A DNA stretch of 64,000 bases from Bryobacterales bacterium. GTDB taxonomy: Bacteria > Acidobacteriota > Terriglobia > Bryobacterales > UBA6623. A program made the position numbers and the translations under genes. Below, piece by piece: positions 58,731-64,000 of the stretch (its first letter is position 1; each line of letters opens with the position of its first letter). The DNA lies in NCBI GenBank assembly GCA_965248205.1, contig CBDFIS010000006.1, forward strand, positions 258,492 through 322,491. The letters run 5' to 3'. The notes beneath the pieces were generated by a model. The model saw nothing but the letters and a program-made list of their open reading frames with translations, ran no database searches and had not been told where the DNA came from.

Positions 58731-59843
58731 ATGACAAAAGCAACGAATACGCAACAGGCGAAAAATGGCAAGCTCGTGGCGACGCCTCAGGGCCCTACCA
58801 AAATAGGGCGGCGTTCTTTTGTGGCAGCGGCGGCCGGCGTTGCTACCGCGGTGACCGCACTGGCTCGTGACTACGGACCGAACGGTAAACCGGTCCGTTA
58901 TCCGGATCCCGATATCGTGGTGCTCGACAAAAGATTCAAGCCTTACAAACTCGGCAATACACCCATCCAGCGGCTGCACAGGGGGACATTGTGGGCGGAG
59001 GGTCCGGCTTGGAACGGCGTCGGCCGGTATCTACTGTGGAGCGATATTCCGAACAATGTTCAGCTGCGTTGGCTGGAGGAAGACGGCCACGTCACCACCT
59101 TTCGCCATCCGTCGGGTAACAGCAACGGGAACACGTTCGACTGGGAAGGCCGCCAGATCGCCTGCGAACATGGAAACCGCCGTGTCGTCCGCTACGAGTA
59201 CGACGGCAGCGTCACGGTGCTGGCCGACACGTGGCAGGGAAAGCCCCTCAACGCGCCGAATGATGCCGTAGTGCATCCTGACGACGGCGGCATTTGGTTC
59301 ACGGATCCGGGCTACGGCAGCCTGATGAATTACGAAGGGCACAAAGGGGAGCTGTACGTCAAAGAGGCCGTCTATCACATCGACGCCAAGACCGGGAAGA
59401 TGGACATGGTGACGGATGACATGTTCAAGCCCAATGGTCTGTGCTTTTCGCCGGACTACAAGAAACTCTACGTCGCCGAGACCGGAGCATCGCATTACGA
59501 GGAGGCGCCGAGAAACATCAAGGTGTGGGACGTCGTGGAGGGGACCAAGCTGGCTAACGGACGCGAGTTTACATCGATGGAACTGGACGGCAAAGCCGGT
59601 TTTGCTGACGGAATCCGCGCCGACATCGATGGCAACATCTGGGCGAGTGCGGGTTGGGTGGGCGAAGGTTACGACGGTGTTCACATCTTCGCCTCGAACG
59701 GAGACCGCATTGGCCAGATTCGGCTGCCGGAAATCTGCTCCAACGTCTGTTTCGGCGGCACGAAACGTAATCGCCTGTTTATGACGGCGAGCCAATCGCT
59801 ATATGCCGTTTACGTGGAGACCCAAGGCGCGCACATTACGTGA
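58731..59843 (+). CDS. Tat-exported SMP-30/gluconolactonase/LRE family protein
   Basis: Twin-arginine leader GRRSFVAAAAGVA. Motifs PNDAVVHPDDGGIWFTDP, PNGLCFSPD and DGIRADIDGNIW. ATG 58731 follows GGAAGGA. Confidence 0.8.
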   Translation: MTKATNTQQAKNGKLVATPQGPTKIGRRSFVAAAAGVATAVTALARDYGPNGKPVRYPDPDIVVLDKRFKPYKLGNTPIQRLHRGTLWAEGPAWNGVGRYLLWSDIPNNVQLRWLEEDGHVTTFRHPSGNSNGNTFDWEGRQIACEHGNRRVVRYEYDGSVTVLADTWQGKPLNAPNDAVVHPDDGGIWFTDPGYGSLMNYEGHKGELYVKEAVYHIDAKTGKMDMVTDDMFKPNGLCFSPDYKKLYVAETGASHYEEAPRNIKVWDVVEGTKLANGREFTSMELDGKAGFADGIRADIDGNIWASAGWVGEGYDGVHIFASNGDRIGQIRLPEICSNVCFGGTKRNRLFMTASQSLYAVYVETQGAHIT

Positions 59844-59956
59844 AGATCCTTGCCCGTCGGCGTTTTTAGTTGAGATTCACCCGCGCAGATGAACCGATCT
59901 CCGGTTATCCAACTGCGATCCGCCGGTAAAAGTCCGACGGCCGGGCCACGCGATGG

Positions 59957-61732
59957 CTAGTGATCCTCGGCGAGGAGAAGCGCCTCGAGCCGGTCCAAAC
60001 GCTTTGCGAGGACGGCGTTCTCACTTTGGACCTGGGCAAGTTGTGTTGCCTTGTCTTGTACGAAAGTATTGAGCTGCTTTAAACGCTCGTTGAGCTGGTC
60101 GATGTAGATGTGGCTCTTCTCGAGTTCGTTGATGAGGCCTCCCGTCTTCTGAGTAATGTTGATCGGGCCATCTTCGTTCGTCGGACCTACCCCCTTCAAG
60201 TTGCCGTTGTCCCACATGAAGGCGGCATGCTCTTCGATCGACTCCAACTGGAAGGCCGGCTGAAATACACCGTCGCAGGGGTCCCCCACGGTACAAGCGC
60301 CCCCTCCACCGGTTGTTACCAAACCGCCGGCGATCGTCAAGTTGCCCGCGCCCGACAGACTGAATTCGGCCTTGGTAGCACTGTCTATGTTGCTAATGAC
60401 AAAGTTACCTGCATTCCCTGCACGGAATCGCCAATCGTCAGAGGTGTCGTTTTCGAATTGTAGGGCAGGGATGTTGGCCACTATGTGGAGCGGGTCATCC
60501 GGCGAGTCCGTCCCCATGCCCACGTCGCCGTCGGCGGCGACGAAGATGCTGTTGTCGGGCGCGTCGGGCTTGATCCGGAACGGCAGCTTCGAGCCGTTGG
60601 TCACGTCGCGGATGAAGAAGTTGGCCTCGTCACCGCCGATGTCCCAGGTCTGAGGCGTTAAGCCCCCCGAGCCGTCCTGCTCCAGCCGCAGCGTCGGCGT
60701 GCCGTCGCTGCGCTGGATGTGGAGCGGGGCTCCTGGGGTCGATGTGCCGATGCCCACGGGACCGAAGAACGACGTCCCAGCGGCACCGGCCTCTCCATAG
60801 ATCTCGCCGGCGCCGATGAGGTCGTCGGCCAGCGGTCCGAAGGTGAGGGCCGCGTTGTAGAAGGGGTTCATCACTGCGATCTCGGTAAGTTCGTGGCCTA
60901 GCCCGATGGCATGACCCAACTCGTGGACAGCGACGAGGCCGAAGCCGATGCTGCCCGCGCCGGGAGCACAGGTCCACGGTTCTGCGCTGTCGAAGTGGAC
61001 ATCTCCGGCTGCGGTTAATCCGTTCGGAGGTGGAAAGAAACCGTGAGCCAAAGTCCCAGAAGGTCCGTCAAAGACATGGGCGCCAATACGAATGTCGGCA
61101 ATGGGCTCGGTGTTGAAGGGCCCACCGCCGTCAGTGACCGGGACGAACAAGATGTCCGCCACCGCCGACCAGGCTCCGAAAGCCAGCTCGATCTCATCTA
61201 GAAAGCACGGAGCAAAACTGCCCATACTGGTGATGGCAACGTTGAAAAGCCCCGGAGTTTCCGCCGTCAGGTTGACCCCGTCCGCCATAAAGCTGTAGGT
61301 GACCGTGCCTCCCGGTAGTCGCGGTCCCGGCACGTCAGTACCACCAGCGAAGGGCGATCCCGCGCCCCATTTTGTGCCGAAGAGCACAAATTCCTCGGAG
61401 ACCGGGGGCGCTGTCGTCGTGGCGCCGCTCGGGCCCATCCACATGCCGCCCTCGTCGATCCTCTGTCCGCTGGCCGACTCTCCCACGGTCGACTCGTAGC
61501 ACTGTTCCGCCAGCCGGATGTAGTTGCGAGCCGCGCGGCGGAACTCCGACTTATCGACCGACGAGCGGTCCTTGATGAATTGGGTCCGCAGCTCTTTGAA
61601 ATGCAGCTTGGCTTTGACTGTTGCGTCGCAACCCGGTTTCTGGGCCGCGACGATCGCGGTCGAGGTAAGAAGCAGGATCGAGTGTGCAAAGAAAAGCAGC
61701 GTTACGCGGCAGAGCAGGCTGTGTGTTTTCAT
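59957..61732 (-). CDS. Secreted metzincin (matrixin/M10-like) fused to a tail-fibre-like repeat module and a C-terminal coiled coil
   Basis: Signal peptide and zinc motif HELGHAIGLGHE. Two VGIGTSTP..PLHI / VGMGTDSP..PLHI modules. The C-terminal segment ..LESIEEHAAFMWDNGNLKGV..LINELEKSHIYIDQLNERLKQL.. ends in a heptad-repeat region. Confidence 0.7.
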   Translation of the reverse strand: MKTHSLLCRVTLLFFAHSILLLTSTAIVAAQKPGCDATVKAKLHFKELRTQFIKDRSSVDKSEFRRAARNYIRLAEQCYESTVGESASGQRIDEGGMWMGPSGATTTAPPVSEEFVLFGTKWGAGSPFAGGTDVPGPRLPGGTVTYSFMADGVNLTAETPGLFNVAITSMGSFAPCFLDEIELAFGAWSAVADILFVPVTDGGGPFNTEPIADIRIGAHVFDGPSGTLAHGFFPPPNGLTAAGDVHFDSAEPWTCAPGAGSIGFGLVAVHELGHAIGLGHELTEIAVMNPFYNAALTFGPLADDLIGAGEIYGEAGAAGTSFFGPVGIGTSTPGAPLHIQRSDGTPTLRLEQDGSGGLTPQTWDIGGDEANFFIRDVTNGSKLPFRIKPDAPDNSIFVAADGDVGMGTDSPDDPLHIVANIPALQFENDTSDDWRFRAGNAGNFVISNIDSATKAEFSLSGAGNLTIAGGLVTTGGGGACTVGDPCDGVFQPAFQLESIEEHAAFMWDNGNLKGVGPTNEDGPINITQKTGGLINELEKSHIYIDQLNERLKQLNTFVQDKATQLAQVQSENAVLAKRLDRLEALLLAEDH

Positions 61733-62261
61733 CTTAAGCTCCTCTCCACGGTGACCGTGGACTCGTTTGGCGAACTCTCAAAAGCTATCATTGCTGTTGC
61801 CTCCAGCCGGATCTCGGAGGGACCGAAAAGATCCTCGGAACCGGGCTGTCTTGACGAGCCGGCCCTTGCCTGGATCCGCAGCCAAGAAGATCCTGCGGAT
61901 CTCGACGGTGCGGATGTCGGCCCGGCTCGGCGATCGGCACGATGACGCACACCCCGGCCTCGGTCCGGCTAGGAGCGCCAAACGCCCCTGATCAATTACC
62001 GGCTTTTCACTCATCCCACCAGGAAGACACTAATCAGACCAGTTTTTCTATTTTGGCCCCGGCAGAGGCACAGTATACACCAGCATTGCCCCGAATACGA
62101 CGTCTTTTCGCACTGAGTCCAGCACATCACCTCCACTGCCTTTTGGGGAGGTAAAAAGTGTTGATCCTCGCCCGGGCAACGGTACCCTCTCAGCAGCAGT
62201 AAGGCCCAGATCATCCGCAGCATACTGGCGCCTCACCGCGGCATGGGGCCGCCCCCGGCAC

Positions 62262-63674
62262 TCACTTAGGTACTTTGTTCGGCGACTTGGGCGCTTGCGT
62301 GAAAACGCCTGAGAGGACAGATCGACTTGGGCGTGGTAGCTTCATAACCGGCTCGATGCCGGCGTGGAAGGACTGGGCCTGCTCCGCGAGCCGGGCCACG
62401 AGTCCAGGGTGCTTAGTGGCGAGGTCTTCCGTTTCCGATGGGTCGCTCGAAAGATCGTAGAGTGGGGGTTCGCTGCATCGAACGGGAGGTTGGGGCTTGC
62501 CTTTGGGGCTGAGATCTCGCTTAAAGAGATGAAGCTTCCATTGTTTTTCGCGAACCGCGAAAAGCTGGCTGCGAAAATAGTAGTAAAGCGCCTGGTGAGG
62601 ACTTTGGCCCGAACCCTTGAGCAGTGGCGTGATGTCTTTGCCATCGATCTCGCGGTCTGATGGGATCTGTCCGCCGGCAAGAGTGACGAAGGTAGTGAAT
62701 AGATCCATCGTGGTGGCGATGCCGCCTCTTACTAACCCTGAAGGGATTTGTCCAGGCCAGCGCGCGATGAGCGGGACTCGCATACCTCCCTCCCACGTTG
62801 TCGCCTTGCCTCCGCGCAGAACGCCCGCCGAGCCCGTGGATTTCTTACCGTTGCCGACGAGTGATGGCCCGTTGTCACTGGTGAAAACGACCAGGGTGTT
62901 TTCATCCAGACCGAGGCGTCGCAAAGTCTTTAATATCTCACCGGTGCTCCAGTCGATCTCCTCGACAACGTCGCCGTAGGGTCCGTGGGCCGATTTGCCT
63001 CGAAATTCATCGGACGGGCGGACCGGCTCATGGGGCATCGTGTGCGCTAGATAAAGGAAGAAGGGCTGATCTCGATGCTGCTCGATGTACCGGATTGCTT
63101 CTTCCGTGTAGCGGCGCGTGAGAGTCTTTACTTTGGCGGGTGATTCAATGACCTTATCGTTCGTTAGCAGGTCGATGCGGGGCCATTTCAATGCCGGCAG
63201 AAAGCTCATGTCATTGCTGTGGAGCAGGCCATAGAAGTAATCGAAGCCGTTGCGGAGAGGACGGAAGGGTCTTCGGCCGCCCAGATGCCACTTTCCGATG
63301 CAGGCTGTCGCGTAGGCCTGTTTTTTGAGCGCTTCGGCGAGGGTGATCTCAGAAGCCGGGATACCCCACTTTTCCTTGGGCACTAGCACGCGCACCAAGC
63401 CGGAGCGGATGGGGTAGCGTCCGGTCAGCAGAGCTGCTCGCGCCGGCGTACAGGTGGGCGCAGCGGAGTAAAATTCCGTCAGACGCACTCCCTCGTTGGC
63501 CATGCGGTCAATTTGAGGAGTTTGAATCGTGGGGTGGCCATAGACCCCGAGATCACCGTAGCCCAAGTCGTCGGTGAGAATCACTATGAAGTTTGGGCCG
63601 CGTTCCTGGGCGAAGCCGGGGCCCAGCCAGATTGCGAGGAAGAACAGACTCAGGATTGGTGCGAAAAGCTTCAC
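62262..63674 (-). CDS. Arylsulfatase (Cys-type, formylglycine-dependent)
   Basis: Signal peptide, ILTDDLGYGD metal site, canonical CTPARAALLTGR motif. Confidence 0.9.
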   Translation of the reverse strand: MKLFAPILSLFFLAIWLGPGFAQERGPNFIVILTDDLGYGDLGVYGHPTIQTPQIDRMANEGVRLTEFYSAAPTCTPARAALLTGRYPIRSGLVRVLVPKEKWGIPASEITLAEALKKQAYATACIGKWHLGGRRPFRPLRNGFDYFYGLLHSNDMSFLPALKWPRIDLLTNDKVIESPAKVKTLTRRYTEEAIRYIEQHRDQPFFLYLAHTMPHEPVRPSDEFRGKSAHGPYGDVVEEIDWSTGEILKTLRRLGLDENTLVVFTSDNGPSLVGNGKKSTGSAGVLRGGKATTWEGGMRVPLIARWPGQIPSGLVRGGIATTMDLFTTFVTLAGGQIPSDREIDGKDITPLLKGSGQSPHQALYYYFRSQLFAVREKQWKLHLFKRDLSPKGKPQPPVRCSEPPLYDLSSDPSETEDLATKHPGLVARLAEQAQSFHAGIEPVMKLPRPSRSVLSGVFTQAPKSPNKVPK

Positions 63675-63854
63675 TGCCTACTCATTTTAGACGACGTGGT
63701 TTCGGCACGAGCTTCAATTGAGGTGACTGTTCACTGACCTGTGCTCCGCTCCGCAATTTCCCGCCTTCGCCACCACGAAGACTCGCGCTTCCTGTGTCTA
63801 TCTCTTGACTGCTACCTATCGTGAATGTCCCCGATTCGCCCAGGCGCCTCGGCG

Positions 63855-63883
63855 TTGACAGCCCCCTGGTGCAACCCTACACT
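63855..63883 (+). promoter_or_regulatory. Candidate sigma70-type promoter of tRNA-Pro
   Basis: TTGACA (63855-63860), 17 nt, TACACT (63878-63883), about 40 nt upstream of the tRNA 5' end. Confidence 0.4.
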
Positions 63884-63923
63884 GAAGGGGCAGTTGCTCA
63901 CCCCTCTTTTCCGCGTGCCCATT

Positions 63924-64000
63924 CGGGGCGTAGCGCAGCCTGGTAGCGCGCCTGCTTCGGGAGCAGGAGGTCCGGAGTTCAAATCTCCGCGCCCCGACCA
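63924..64000 (+). tRNA. tRNA-Pro (anticodon CGG), with the CCA end encoded
   Basis: Folds by hand into a perfect cloverleaf. Acceptor stem CGGGGCG/CGCCCCG, D-arm GCGC-AGCCTGGTA-GCGC, anticodon arm CCTGC-TTCGGGA-GCAGG, T-arm CGGAG-TTCAAAT-CTCCG, discriminator A, CCA. Confidence 0.95.

Overview
GC-rich bacterial chromosomal segment. The lineage is probably Acidobacteriota (Solibacter/Bryobacter-like). That is an inference from Solibacter-type C-terminal Ig-like domains, a PSCyt/DUF1553 + DUF1501 gene pair and several Tat-exported enzymes. I can support about 45 protein genes and one tRNA-Pro(CGG) at the 3' edge. I found no rRNA and no CRISPR array.

The backbone is housekeeping: acnA, pgsA, lysS, a lolC/E-type permease, an argF-MOSC-GNAT-argG-argH-argR operon, pcm and a P-type ATPase. 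Exported hydrolases, sulfatases and transporters sit between these genes.

Mobile DNA is abundant:
- An ISL3-family element runs off the 5' edge and carries a nested IS1380-family insertion.
- A second, near-identical IS1380 copy lies 17.4 kb downstream in direct orientation.
- An IS4-family element splits a GAF-PP2C phosphatase gene and is flanked by an 11-bp target duplication.
- A family of roughly 170-190 bp MITE-like elements has three copies. Their terminal inverted repeats are TAGCCCGCRTTTCTCAC, and they carry GC-rich GTAGGGGCG hairpins.

I do not see a recognisable defence island or any system I could call novel with confidence. The best second-look candidates are:
1. A Tat-exported Rieske protein encoded next to a PQQ dehydrogenase. 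The dehydrogenase lacks the vicinal Cys-Cys and carries a DxD (lanthanide-type) motif.
2. A translationally coupled methyltransferase / polytopic membrane protein / GH-A-like operon.
3. The MITE family.
4. Two long gene-free gaps with strong self-complementarity.
5. A metzincin fused to a tail-fibre-like module.
6. A MEMO-family protein with a 115-aa N-terminal extension.

All functional calls come from motif recognition by eye, not from database searches.
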